From contig NC_087245.1 of the NCBI RefSeq assembly GCF_037042905.1, forward strand, positions 20,710,001 through 20,774,000: DNA of 64,000 nt. The letters run 5' to 3'. Under the pieces are notes generated by a model that was given only the letters and a program-made list of their open reading frames with translations, was not told the DNA's origin and did no database searches. Below are positions 50,561 through 64,000 of this stretch, piece by piece. How positions within the stretch are numbered: position 1 is the stretch's first letter; each line of letters begins with the position of its first letter. The DNA is from Lytechinus pictus (taxonomy: Eukaryota). A program made the translations under genes and the position numbers.

Positions 50561-52581
50561 GTGAAAACTTTTTTTGTGGTATAAGTGTATAGTAAGCTTA
50601 CACCTCACACCGATTTTAAAAATATGTGTTTTAAGCATACGCATTCACTCATTACTGAATTTCCTTACAATAATCTTATATAACATTCTTCTCGAAAGAA
50701 AAACACAAATAAACAATGTTGTGTCTTTTTATGATGACAATCCTAGACTTCTCCTGCTAATTGTAAATTTTAGTAGATCATGTTTGGAATGATATTTTTA
50801 ATTTGTTATGTTATGAAAAATGTTTATTACGAATGGTATGAATATTATGCTGAAGAGAAGAATAGATCAAATAAACTAAAATGTATGGGAACCATAGCAA
50901 CACAATTTCTGACAAATGTGAAAATATGTCTTGTAAATCTTAAGCTCGATACCTATTGTTTTTGCCAAATTTCATGAACATAGCTCATAAAATGAAGAAG
51001 TCGTTCAATTAGCATGACGTTAACATATAAATGCCGTTACAAAGGCAACGCAGTTTCAAAATAATGCCTAGGAAATTCGAAGTTTCGAATGCTAAAATGC
51101 ATTCTAATCATTGAATATTATTGGTACATATAGCACTGGTTGTTAATGAAAACAGGTTGCCTAGCAAACGTTGCTAACTTGCTATAGGCCTATATTAAGA
51201 TTATTAAAATTTTCCACCATCTTTGAAAATGTTAAGAATGTTCTTTTGATCATTGTATTCCCAATTTCATGCCATTATCATAGTCTGAACAATATGTTTG
51301 TTGTATCTTTATCGTTTATCAAGCGTTATTTTGTAAGAAGTACTCTCCCTTTAATAACGAACCCCTCCCACTCTTACATTTTCGATGACCCAACACCGTC
51401 AAAGTATGCAACAGCTGTACAGCTTGTTATCATTTTTCATTTTTATCGAGCTCTCTTCTATTCAGTATCACAAACCTGTATTCTGCCACCGTGGCGTGTA
51501 AAATTGGCGCCTCCGCCGTGATCCCAAGAAATGGCAACCAGTCTCTAAACGTATTTAAGCGAGGGTAGCAACTTCTCGGCGGGGAATTACAAACGCTTGC
51601 GGAGGGAGTCGGGTACATTGAAAGAGAGATTCCGTTTGAGTGACTGAGTCAGACTCGCTCGACTGGAGTACCTTGCTCGGTAAATGCATTTAGCAATCGG
51701 AGCGTGCTGGATTCCGTGTCTGCGATCGTCGCTCGACCGCTTTTGCGTTATGATCTTCAGCTTGAATTCCACAAATGGATTGTTTTTCTCCGTGTTTGGA
51801 AGCAGCAAGTTCTTATTTTGAGCAAGTTTAAGTTGCCTTCGACCTTAATGTTTCCCAGGATGTATTTCATTTTTAAAAATATTCCGTTCGTGCACTAAAT
51901 TTGGATTTATTGAAAAGTGATCATGGATTGTAAACAACTCTATGGAAACTGATACCTTCTTTGGATTATAATTCGGATATCAATATAAGAGGTATGTGTG
52001 GAATAACCAACAGTTGTATCAAGTTAATCTACATAATTGATTTTTACAATAGAAAACTGATTCTATTGAATAAACAATCAAATACTCATTTTCATTGACA
52101 TTGTGTACCAATCATTATGTACCCATGGTTGTGATGATTTATTTTTCCTTTTCGAGTTTCGACTCTCGTCTACCGTAGATATACAGCACTTATATTGGCC
52201 ATAAAAATACATTCCAATCCATGGCTAGCCTACTATAGGCTTATTATGACATAGGTCTGTTATACACTATAATATTTTGACAGTGCGTGTAAAATGGCAA
52301 CCAAGATTTAAAACATCGATTAAATTTTTTTTTACCTGATTATGTAATAATGAACTTCTTCGGATTTTTAATGGTACCTTGCTTGCACCCATTATTGCTA
52401 TAGACATGGTCGAATATTATTGATATCAATATATAGACCTATGTCATGCTACAACATTGCAGGGTTGAGGTGAAACTATCACTGATGATGCCATGGTCAA
52501 CTGGTTCCTACTTTATTGGATAAATGACATTATCCCTAGAGGCTTTGTTAATGGCGGCACCAGGGACGGGGTCGCATGGGT

Positions 52582-52608
52582 CACCACCACCACCATAACA
52601 CCACACCA

Positions 52609-52687
<79 letters not shown>

Positions 52688-52748
52688 GCTGCTACTACTA
52701 CTTCTACTACTACTACTACTACTATTACTACTACTGCTGCTGCTGCTG

Positions 52749-52789
<41 letters not shown>

Positions 52790-52811
52790 GCTACTACTAC
52801 TACTACCCCTT

Positions 52812-52855
<44 letters not shown>

Positions 52856-52989
52856 GCTGCTACTACTACTACTATTACTACTACTACCTCTATACCTCTA
52901 TTACTACTACTATACTACTACTACTCCTACTACTTCTACTACTACTACTACTACTACCACTACTTCTCCTACTGCTACTACTACCACTT

Positions 52990-53031
<42 letters not shown>

Positions 53032-53085
53032 TTACCTCTACTACTACTACTACTGCTACTACTACTACTATACTAATACTACTCT

Positions 53086-53138
<53 letters not shown>

Positions 53139-53144
53139 TACTAC

Positions 53145-53175
<31 letters not shown>

Positions 53176-53244
53176 TACTACTACTGCTGCTGCTACTACT
53201 GCTTCTTATACTACTACTACTACTACTACAACTTCTATTACTAT

Positions 53245-53295
<51 letters not shown>

Positions 53296-53515
53296 TACTA
53301 CTACTATACTACACTCTTAAAAGGTTGGCAACATACTGTCCACACAACAACTGGTTAAAACTTTATCCAATTCTCGGTAGTTTTAAACCAACAATGTGTG
53401 CTTTGGGTGAAAACTACACAGTATTGCTTGAAAACTGCCCAAAGTTGGATAATCTTTTTAACCAATTGTTGTGTGGACAGTATATTGACCAACATTGCCG
53501 AACATTTTAAGAGTG

Positions 53516-53558
<43 letters not shown>

Positions 53559-53735
53559 GCTGCTGCTGCTACTGCTAATTACCACTGCTACTACTACTAC
53601 TACTACTGCTACCACTACTATACTACTGCTTCTTCTACTACTACTGCTGCTGCTACTACTACTACCACCACCACCACCAGTACCAGAACTACTATTGCTG
53701 ATGCTTCTACTTCTACTATACTACTTCTTCTACTG

Positions 53736-53787
<52 letters not shown>

Positions 53788-53806
53788 AACTACTACTGCT
53801 ACTAGT
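52582..53806. repeat. Long (TAC)n/(CTA)n microsatellite with (CAC)n and (TGC)n variants
   Basis: Directly visible trinucleotide array of about 1 kb, split by an insertion at 53312-53515. Confidence 0.97.
53312..53515. mobile_element. CACT-ended palindromic MITE (EnSpm/CACTA-like) inside the microsatellite
   Basis: TA-CACTCTTAAAA ... TTTTAAGAGTG-TA; internal arms atactgtccacacaacaa / ttgttgtgtggacagtat. Confidence 0.75.
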
Positions 53807-54559
53807 ATATAATCTCTATTGGCTGATAAAATATTTAAGCCCACTATCACTCTCCTATACTGGTATACTTCAATTACCTTGTTGCTCTTATACTATTGCT
53901 GTCACAACTCTTGTTGCTATTGCCACTACTATTATTGTTACTATTGCCGCTGCTTTATTTATCTTGATAGTCTTTATTTTTCAGAAAAAAAATCTAAATT
54001 TATAAAACATGTGTTACATCTTGGATAAAACAGAACATTCGTGGTGTCTTACGAACAAATTATTGTAATTATATTGTTGTTCACTCAAAATCGTGTACCC
54101 TGGTCCTACCAACCAGACAATAAACCAATAAAAGTAAATGAATAACCCTAAGCCTACTACAACTACTGATGCTGCTTCCGCTAATTTACTTGCCTCTCAT
54201 GCCACAATACTCTTACTAATACACTACTTGTGGCTATGTCCGTATGCTATTACCATATAACTACCTATTTGAGTCTTTCAGTTATAACATTAATTAGTAT
54301 CATGCTAAAGACTTAAAATCTCACGAAATCTTTGCGACACTGCATGTATATTATGCTTCCTATGATAAACAAAATTACAGACCATACTCCACCTTAGTGC
54401 CACGCTTAGACATTATTTTATACGATGCATTTTGAAATTCATTGATCACAAGTGAAGTTTGTTTGCCAAAGAGGGCTCTGTGTTAACAAAAGGTCACCTA
54501 AGAAATGGCACCTGGGGATAAGGCCTGAATACTGTTGACCATGTTTTTTGTATCAACAA

Positions 54560-55202
54560 TTAAGTCTTAACTAAGGTTTAAGTTTTCGAAATGTCATTAT
54601 AAATTTGAAAGTATATGAATCAAGTTCATGAAACTTGGTCATAAGAGTACTCAAGTACCACTGTCAGATTGTCTTGCATGAGTTTGAAGTCACACGATCG
54701 AGGTCATAGGTCATTTAGGGTCAATGAACTTTGATCATATTTTGCTATCATTGAAATCTTAGCCAAGGTTAAGTTTTCGAAATTTTATCATAACTTTTAA
54801 GGTAAATGGGTCCATCGATGGAATTTGGACATAAGGTAATCATAGGCGGCGGAAGCGGGGGGGGGGGGGGACCTGTCCCCCCCTAAATTTTTTGTTGAGA
54901 ACCTTTTTTTTTTTTTTTTTGCAATTTTGCAATTTTTACCCGTGTCCATCCCAAAATTTCACGTGGACCCCCCTAATTTTTTTTCCTTCCGCCGCCAATG
55001 AGGATAATCAAGTAGCAGTGAACGTTTTGCACGAGTTTTAGGTCACATTATTACGGTCAAAGGTCATTTATGGTCACTTCTATTCATCATATGAATTGTG
55101 TTTTCTGTAAATAATAATACATCTTAGTTGTTTTCGAAGTCATCGTTGGTGCCATATTGAATCGCATAATACAGGCGAGACTGCCAGAGCCGTTCCACTT
55201 GT
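54560..55202 (-). mobile_element. Partial HINE-like element, family of 26151-27047
   Basis: Reverse complement of 55150-55202 matches 26151-26210; ggtcaaaggtcatt core repeats. Confidence 0.6.
54841..55000. mobile_element. hAT-like MITE nested in the HINE-like copy
   Basis: CATAGGCGGCGGAAG ... CTTCCGCCGCCAATG; flanks aaggtaat / aggataat. Confidence 0.65.
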
Positions 55203-57794
55203 GATATCTGACATGCAGTGATTCGATTTTTTTTTACCTTTTCATTGGATATAACGTGACGCAGGCTCGTGTGTACATGCATCAAAATCAAATACAAAAA
55301 AAGAACTAAACCCCAAAGAATAATTATGCATATACTACCTGTGTCGATCTTGGCGCCTTGGTATTACGTAACCCTTTCGTCTTCTCCACTCATGGGGTAT
55401 TGTTATGACGGTGAATAAGACAAATTACATGAAGTAGGCTTATTAGAATGCGAAAATAATTGACTCAACGTCACCTTCGATCCTTATCACAATGTGTATT
55501 TGATTATGGTGTTCAGGGCAAAGATTGTTGTAAAATTGCATTACACACACACACCCACACAATCACAATCATACAAGAACATGTTCTGTGATAACTCGGT
55601 TTTAATGGCATGCTTTTTATACCGCCCAAGGTCCCATTTTCAGGTTTAGACCCCCTTTTCTCTCCCCCCCCCCCTCTCTCTCTCCCCTCTCTCTTTCTGT
55701 TTCTCTTTCATTATTTTCGTGAATAAAACAATTTTTTTCTGAGCAAATCATTTTGAATTAGTTGCTTTTTTAAAATTATTATTATAATTCAATTCTTTAT
55801 GTCATTTCCACTCAAATACTACAAAGTAATATAAATGAGATATACATGCAAATTAACATACTGGAACATTAACATACAAAGAAAAATAGCGTATGGGAAT
55901 GAGGGGAGTCCACTATAACAGCAATGCTTGTAAAGTGTGCATGGATCCACTTATCACCCGATATACCTTTGTAAATGAATAGATCGCTTCACCTCTCAGC
56001 ATGGGCCGCGGAGCCGGGAGATGAGGAGGCGTCCGTCTGCCCCTTCTTTTTTCAGTAGACATGTATAAAAAATTAAAACATTGTTTGATTTCTGGCATGG
56101 TCAGCCCCAAACTTTTTGCTCATCTGCAGGCTTTCAGAGCCATACCGCAACCCGTGTCCCTATAGCCTATATGATGTGCTACTGAATGGATAGCGTACAA
56201 TTTGTTGCCAGTTTGACAGCTTATAACCTTTATCGCCAAACATATCAACTCTCTTTATATAAAATGGACAAAATCTTAAGTATTATTGTAGTTTCATATT
56301 AAAAACACCTTTTTTAAAGGGTTCATTTTTTCAGCGCGTAGAACCACATAAAGTTACTTCAGGTGTTTCAAGATTTATACTGCATGGGTTGAAACTGTAA
56401 TTAAATCATGAATAGTGTAGTAGGTTTCACGATACACCATGTAACTTTCTTGGGCAAGTGTTGGTCCTGAAATGGACGACAAGAACACACTTGTCGAAAC
56501 GTCGAGATTGGGTGGTCCTTTTCAGGACCAACACTGTCTTGCCCAAGAAAGATAACATACAAAAAAAAGAAAGATATATGATGTACCATGAAACCTACTA
56601 TACTATTCTTCTTCGCCATAGAAACTTTCAGAAGTTATAAATGATGAAAGTATTATATGAGCGAAATGCTGTGTGAACGCCATGGTTAATTTTTATTTTG
56701 TCTAAACCCCGCTGTCTCCTTTTCGGTTGGTCTCATGGTCGCATCACTCATTAAAGTTAGTTTAATTACCAATAAGCATATTTACATCTTAGACATATTA
56801 TTTCCAACTATAGGGTTTATCAGTTTCATCTATTATCAAGTGGGTATAGCACCACTTAATCTGTATGGTTTGATTACTATTTATGAACCATATTTCCATT
56901 TTAAAGAAGGGAAGTACTTTATCAGTAGATGGGGTGGATATTAAACTAGACCAAGACCAAGTGATGGAAACGGTTATAATAACCACATTAATTCATACAT
57001 GTAGACCAAGTTTACCTATAGATGATGGTGTTTCACAGTATGATAATTAGACCATCTGCTCGGAGACCAAGTATACATGTATATACAAACCAAGTGCATG
57101 GGCCTGTATGATTTACAGGGGCGCTGCCAGAATAATTTGATACGGGGAATGAGGATGAAGGATCTAAAATAATGCAATGTTCATGAGCAATCAAATTCAT
57201 TTACGACCAGGTCTTCTACTTTCGCTGATATTCTTTCTTCACTTTTCCCATCTTTTTCTACCCGTTTGTCTAATTTTTACGCTTCTATGTCATAATAGTT
57301 TAAATTATTTGGGACTTCTGCCCCCTCCCATGCATGTATGCGGCGCAGCCCCTGATTATATGTCAAATCAAACATTCATCAACATCCGTGTGTCAACAAT
57401 ACGCTCCCTTTTCACGTTTTTATTTTTATTGGTTTCAAGTTACTTGCACGCACTCTTGTTCTCACCAAATAGAAAATAAAAGGTGGATCTGGATTATTTT
57501 CAGTGATGAAGATAAGCCTATGCTGGTACTATCCAAGAATGTATAAATTACATCTCTGATTTCATTGTTAAAGATGACTTGTGATATTACCCCCATTATG
57601 AATTTCGGTAGTGTTATCAAAACGTTTCCGCTTTGTGGCAAGTTTTTGACTGTATGCATGCAATAGACCAAAAATGAATGATTTTTCATTAGTGACAAAG
57701 CAGTATCATAAAAAACAAGGAATCCATGAATAACTAAAACATTTCCTGTACATGCGATAAATAGACACTGTATACTCTTTAATATGTTGTGCTT

Positions 57795-58220
57795 GAAAGG
57801 AACAAATGAAGTAAAACAGAATGGTGAAAGTTTGAAAGAAATCAGACAAACGATAAGGAAGTTATATGGCTGTTTTAGAATTGGGATCTCTCCGAATGTA
57901 GATTTCAAATTGGCAACTGGGTAATTGAATCATGACAAATACACGTTCCCCTGGGGTTGTAATCTAAACATATCATAGGTATAACATGTATATTGTTTTA
58001 TCTCCCATGAAAGAAAACTATAATTTGAAGTAAAACTTTTGAAAAAAATGTAACTTTAGCCATTTTATGGATTGGAGTACATGGGAGCAATATTCACAAC
58101 TTTTGTAAATTTATAACTTTCTTACTGTTTGTCCGATATTGTTCAAACTTTCACCCATCAACTTGTCTGATTTTCCTATTCCTTCTCAAGAGCAAGTTTT
58201 TATTTGGGTTGGATTCCCCT
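57795..58220 (-). mobile_element. Deleted copy of the Kolobok-like MITE at 31848-32439
   Basis: caagtttttatttgggttggattcccct is the reverse complement of 31848-31875; gtagatttcaaattggcaactgggtaa matches ~32274-32300. Confidence 0.65.
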
Positions 58221-59107
58221 TAAATGGTTTTCTAGGATATTATCTAGGCAAAACTAATTCTTGGTTCTGGGATGGTTCTGGACACAGAATGTGAAAATAA
58301 AACCCAAGTGTATCTTACTTACAGCCATGTTTTATACATTGTGAATAATGGATAAGGGGGAGGGGGTTGTTTTCATCGTTATCCGTTGGCAAATTGTGAT
58401 AGAATTAGAGATAGACATGATCTAATATTCTTTAATGTCATTTATAAATCACGGATTCCGCTTCATAATGGGTGTAATCGGGATATAGATCATCGGTAAT
58501 ACGTCACGTAATTACATTTTCCGCGGCATTTCGGTTTAGTATTATTATTGAAGGGCAATGCAGGCCATGGGAGTCAGTTGATATCTAAATCTATATCACG
58601 CTCGCCTTCACCCGTTAGCTGCTGGGGTCATAACACCTGCCGTAATGGACGCCATGTGCTTGCTTCACACTCAGTGGTAAATTATTGTCTGCAAGGTTTA
58701 TTGAAATGGGACACTTATCCATAGCGGTATACCAAGGTAAATATTTCGCGAGACTGCATCATCTGTCTTTATGTGGCAAACGCGTTAAAACTGCATTATG
58801 GAATGTGTTGTTGATAGGGAATTGGCATTTCAACTTTTGTTTGCTTACATAGTGTATAAATTCATTTTTTATTTTAAAATGCAGGCAGCTTTCAAGTCGC
58901 AATCTTCTTTGGATATCAACCTTGTGTCATTAGAATGTTTTCATGGCTTCTATGAAAGTTCTGCATGCATATTCGTTTGAATTTTCTTTTTAAAATATGA
59001 AATGTTACCATATATTATCATGTGTTCGTATTTGCTTCTGAAAATGTTAATCAACTATAAATCCAGTTTATATAGATTGTTTTCCTCATATTGTTGTTGC
59101 AAACTAT

Positions 59108-59157
59108 TACACACACACACCCGCACACCCTCACACACACACACGCACACACTTACA

Positions 59158-59192
<35 letters not shown>

Positions 59193-59224
59193 CATATATA
59201 TATATTTATATATATATATATATA
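59108..59224. repeat. (CA)n followed by (TA)n microsatellite
   Basis: Directly visible. Confidence 0.9.
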
Positions 59225-62200
59225 ATTATGAATTCATTTATTTATTTTTTAGAATATATTTTATCAGGTACAAAAGATCAGCAGAAAGATGTTTTTCATC
59301 AATGACCTGATGGAAAAAGAATCAATCTTACAAAAAAAAAATCATCAATATTATACATGTAAATAAACTCTTACGTGGAATAATACTACCAACATTCCCA
59401 CTGTTAACTATATAAAATAAGTAGTAGCACCACTATCACTAACCGCTATCAACAACATCATTATCATCACCATGGCTGTCGTTATCATTATCATATCCAT
59501 CATACACTTACAACGCCATCATTCGAATTGCTATCTTCTTTAGATCTTAACCTAGTGTCGTTCTTATGTTTCCAAACATTATCTGATTGAAAACCTGAAT
59601 TTTCCGCATTATCTCCATTTAGATGTGCTTCTCCTAGTCGATAACGTTGGTCAACTGAAAATTCCAGTTTACATCTTGGTTTATCTGAACTATGAATCAA
59701 TAGCACATCCCTTACCATTTTTTGAAAATAAATTCGTGAACTCCTCATTTAAAATTATTGATACAAATTCAATTTTTTTAGCATACATACGTTAATTTAC
59801 TTACTCTAATCAACTTCCTCTCTTCCCTTCCCCTTTCGTTCCCCTTTTCTCTTTCTTTTCTACACCCCTGTTCACCCCTTCTCACAGCAAATAAAATATA
59901 ATCGTATATATTCACAATCCCCCTCTTTCATCTTCTCTCTCTACCCTCGCTCAACTCCATTTTTCCTTCCCCTGTTACTGAAGATGACTAGTTGATGCAT
60001 CTGTACTATATATAGCTCCAAACAAGGTGTTACTGACCTGGAAATAATGCTTTTTACCATTATACATGATCGTGCTGCCAGATGAAGAGGCGTAGAGTGG
60101 GTCAATGTTTCCCGAGATGATAAGGGGTGGGAGTGGGAGGGGCTTTAGTCAAAAAGTAATTGCAAATTCAATTAGTATCCAAAGGGGATTTCTCCAATTG
60201 TCTTTTTTTTCTTTACGTCTTCAATCTTCTCTCTGTCCATGTTCTATTTCCCCTGTTGCCCTTTTTCATTGTCCCATCCTCTCATAGAGAGTAAGGGGGA
60301 ATTTTTATCAGTTTTATTTTAAATTTCACATAAGAGCTTGCAAGACCAATATTTAGAGGGGCACATGGGGAGTAGTCAATTCCTCTTTATCGATTTTTCC
60401 CCAACCCCCTCTCTGTGTGTATGTGTGTGTTTGTGTATGTGGGAGAGAGAGGGGGGGGGGGGCTTACCCTGTTACCGTATTGATGGCGCACTGCTTTAAC
60501 ACTGATGTAAACCTACTGCATAATGAAATAAGATGTGGGAGGGAGCCGTAGGGCGTTGAACTCCCCATAGTCTCAGCCAGTCCCATCTCCCTCTAAATCA
60601 TCCACCCTATGTTAAGATACTACGAACACTGGCGTTATATCGATGACTGCGAATTTTTATACCCTCATATATTGATTGTATTCCTCGTCGATGGCTGCAT
60701 AAAAAATTTGAATTTCTCTTTTGTGTATAAGGATGATTGAGAGCTACTCCATGATGTTTGAAAACACAGATCAGACACGGAATGGATTAATACAATATTT
60801 CTTAGACTCTGCACGTGGTGTACGGTAGTTTTTATTTCATTTCATCAAAATGTAAAATGGTGAAATAAGAATATAAGTCGTATAGCCCTTTCTCGTGACA
60901 ATAGTGGTGGCGCCGTATAGGAGAGCAGGGTGGGCAAGCTCCCTCCCCCCATCATGATTTTTTCAATTATTTAAAAAGTTAAATAAACAAAGAGAACAAA
61001 GAAAGAAAATTCAGAGAAAAATATGAAGACTAAAAAAAATATGTAATGATGAAAGATCATATACATGTATGCACAGTAACATGTTAACATATTACAGATC
61101 ATTATTTAAGTAGGGATAGCGATCTATATTCAAGCTGCATGTGCTTCACGTACTGTGTATTGTTTCTCGTATGCAAACTTGTTTTATACATTTTAAATGT
61201 CGGTCTATGAATATATATATATATATGGCATTTCTTATTCAATTGCGATGATACTTATATAGCATAGAAACTTACACTTCATATGCATTTCTATTATTAG
61301 CGTAATATCTTAGATGATTAACTTCATAACAGAAATGACCCAACGTACATTACAATTGCTCCAAATTTCGCCATCAAAAATTTATTAACATCAATAAAAA
61401 AGAAAGAACATTGCCGAGGCGGGTATAATACACCTTATACACCTGTGACTCTCTGCCATTCTCGGAGTCGTCATCGTAAAGAATGTTGCCAGCAGCGGTA
61501 CTCTAACCATATTAAACGCATGACCGTGTTTAGGGGGCACTGGTAATGATGGGAACAGCGAGCATGCACGTTCGGGAAAGTGACCCATGCAATTTGCGCC
61601 CAATCAGCATTAGACCCCCGACACCGATTTAGCCCTCGTCCTCATAATTATCTAGGTGGGCTGGATAATGGGTGGATATCAGCAAGAGAGGGGGAGGAGG
61701 GGGGATGGCTGGGGTCAGTTGACCCCTTCTGTTTCTCCTTTTTGACTGAACTGTATACTAAGAAAAGAAAAGGATATACCATAATAGTTTGCGTTAAATT
61801 GGATCACGAACGAGTACGTCTACCATGACTTTCGAACATTCTCTTTTGTCTTTTTTTACTACAGTATTTTCTTGAGAAAAAAATCTAGACCACTCTTACA
61901 TCGAGCCATGCATTGACATGAAAAATTAAAGAATACAAACATTAATTCGTGACGTTACAGGGATTAAAATATACAACTGTACACACGGAATATAGGCTTA
62001 AACGATACACATATAAATGTGAAATAATGAATATTAGCGACAGCAAAAAGAAAAAAAGTATAGCCTTCCAGCCTGAAGCAGAGATAAGAACCATCCAATA
62101 TTTCTTTATTATAGTTAAAATGTATTTTACACACACAAAAAAATAATTTACTGGATTAAAATCGCGAATGTTTTGAAGATAAACTTATAAACACTGGCGG

Positions 62201-64000
62201 ATCCGGGGGAGGAGGGGGGGGGCACACCCGGCCCGTGCCCCTTCCCTTTGAGAGGCTTAATAAAAAATGTAATGTAAATATGCCGTTCTAACAAAGGTTT
62301 ACCCCCCCCCCAACTGCAAAAAGAGAAATTGATAGAATAAAGATTTTCTGAATTTTCTTGCTACGCCCTTTGCTGAAAGACATAGACCTCAGTAATGGGA
62401 TGACCAAGGCAGTTAGGACTGATTGCATTGAGAGCCCATAGATTATGATCTAGTCCAGCAGAATATACTCGCCATCGACAAAATGTGTACGTTCAACTGT
62501 TCCGAATGCTTTAGAAAATTGGTTTAATGGTTTATTTAAAAATATACAGAAAATAGCAGCACAAAGGCTGAATTACATTAGTTCGCAATATACATGACAT
62601 AATTACAATGACACAGGCAATTATTAAACTAAAATGGTTGTATACATGTAAATTATTATCATATAGATAAAGTTGGATGTATAGGCCTATACCCAGCGTA
62701 TGACTGAGGAAGAAAAGGGAGAGGTCAGAAGGGAGATACAAATTTGTACTCAACATGATTAAAGCAGTGATTACATAACAACTTATATAACAGAAAATTG
62801 ATATTTCTGTCTCTTCACATCAAAACATCTTCCTTGTTCCAGAAACGTTTTGATGAGGGATTATACTCACGAGAGAATGAAACGATACTTTTGCCATTTT
62901 TCCAACGAAAATAAATGTGTAGTTCAAATCTATTTTGATTAATGGTTATATATTTTCTGTAGTCAACACCTGCTTGGGAAATTCAAAGATAATTTTCACT
63001 TTTATTATTGATATTTGGATGTTGCTGTTAAAGAAAAGTTTTCATTGTTTGTGAATTACATGTATATGTATCCAGTGGCTATTGAAAACTAGAATAAGTA
63101 ACATAATTTATTTTCACCTGTCACATCGCTCGTTTGTTATATAGGAACATAGATTACAGTTATTACCGATCGACTGACGTACTAGAAAACTATTCGTTAT
63201 ATTTTCTCATCAAAACGTGTTATCCGATAAGAAATGGCATAAAATTCTTTGTTAATTAATTCTGCAACTGACTGCTTTTACCGATTTTAAAGGTAACGAA
63301 AATATACATTTTTCTCCTTTTCTTGGCAAGAATTTTGTTTACAAAAATATTAATCTTTGTAATTGTTGTATATGCATTAATTCTATTCCCACCACAATTA
63401 TAAGTCAACTTCTCACGTGAGAGGAATTGATTGTTATGTAAACTTTTTGATAAATATTGTAATATGTTACCTTATATTTCTTATCAATCAATCAATCAGT
63501 CAATCAATCATTGGAGTCTAAGTATGAGTATATCATGCACAGCACCAACCGTCTAAATGATTATGTAATATAATCTGCGTATGTTACTCTTCGACAGATT
63601 TACAAAACTTCAACCATATTTGGCTAAGGTCTTATAAATACAAGTCTTTATTGTCCGTTCTGTCAAAGAGAGAAAGCGATTTAAGATAGTGAGGATTTTG
63701 CGCCTGAACAACTCCTACATAAGCAGTTGTGTAGCATTGTTAAAACAGAATGACTTTATCGGACTGCTATTATTTTGGAATGTTGTGCGTTTTTGCATTT
63801 AGGCATTGCTTTTAGAATGAAATAAATGTGCAACAGCGTATAGGACCTTGTCGATCTCCTTTAATTTGACATTTGGTTGTGTTGCCGTCTGGATTTGCTA
63901 CTGGTAAGTTTTACAGAACCATTTAAGACAGTTGTGATCTTATATATTGATTTTTGTTCAAAATTAAAACAGAGGTAATACATACACATTTGATTTATTT

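Noticed and set aside
52493..53805. Long ORFs (275, 166 and 135 aa) rich in T, Y and L
   Set aside because: Translation of the stop-free (TAC)n microsatellite
59500..59748. 82-aa minus-strand ORF with protein-like composition
   Set aside because: No recognisable motif or neighbouring exons; cannot be supported without a homology search

Overview
AT-rich, intron-containing eukaryotic DNA. The repeat families suggest a deuterostome invertebrate, probably a sea urchin (inference). Two protein-coding genes are supported, both on the minus strand: a rhodopsin-class peptide-receptor-like GPCR with an intronless coding region (8952-9992) and a CNTD1 (meiotic crossover cyclin-like) gene reconstructed by hand from seven phase-consistent GT-AG coding exons (41765-34622; 957 nt, 318 aa), with a probable 5' UTR exon ending at 44511. 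The rest is a mosaic of non-autonomous DNA transposons (8-bp-TSD hAT-like, TTAA Kolobok-like, CTG-TSD Harbinger-like, TA-TSD Tc1-like, CACT-ended, Helentron/HINE-like), tRNA-derived SINEs, decayed LINE remnants and microsatellites. Two structures stand out. (1) A (TA)n-flanked ~730-bp fold-back element at 2721-3451 carries two divergent copies of a 72-nt tRNA gene; the right copy folds into a complete cloverleaf with anticodon TCA (UGA-reading), a short variable arm and a T6 terminator. (2) Four TAGAC...GTCTA elements, three with 9-bp TSDs (AcademH-like), cluster upstream of the CNTD1 start codon. They include a self-nested insertion and two copies inserted in opposite orientation at one target site, forming a ~900-bp palindrome. 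All family assignments come from terminal and TSD signatures read by eye; no database search was run.
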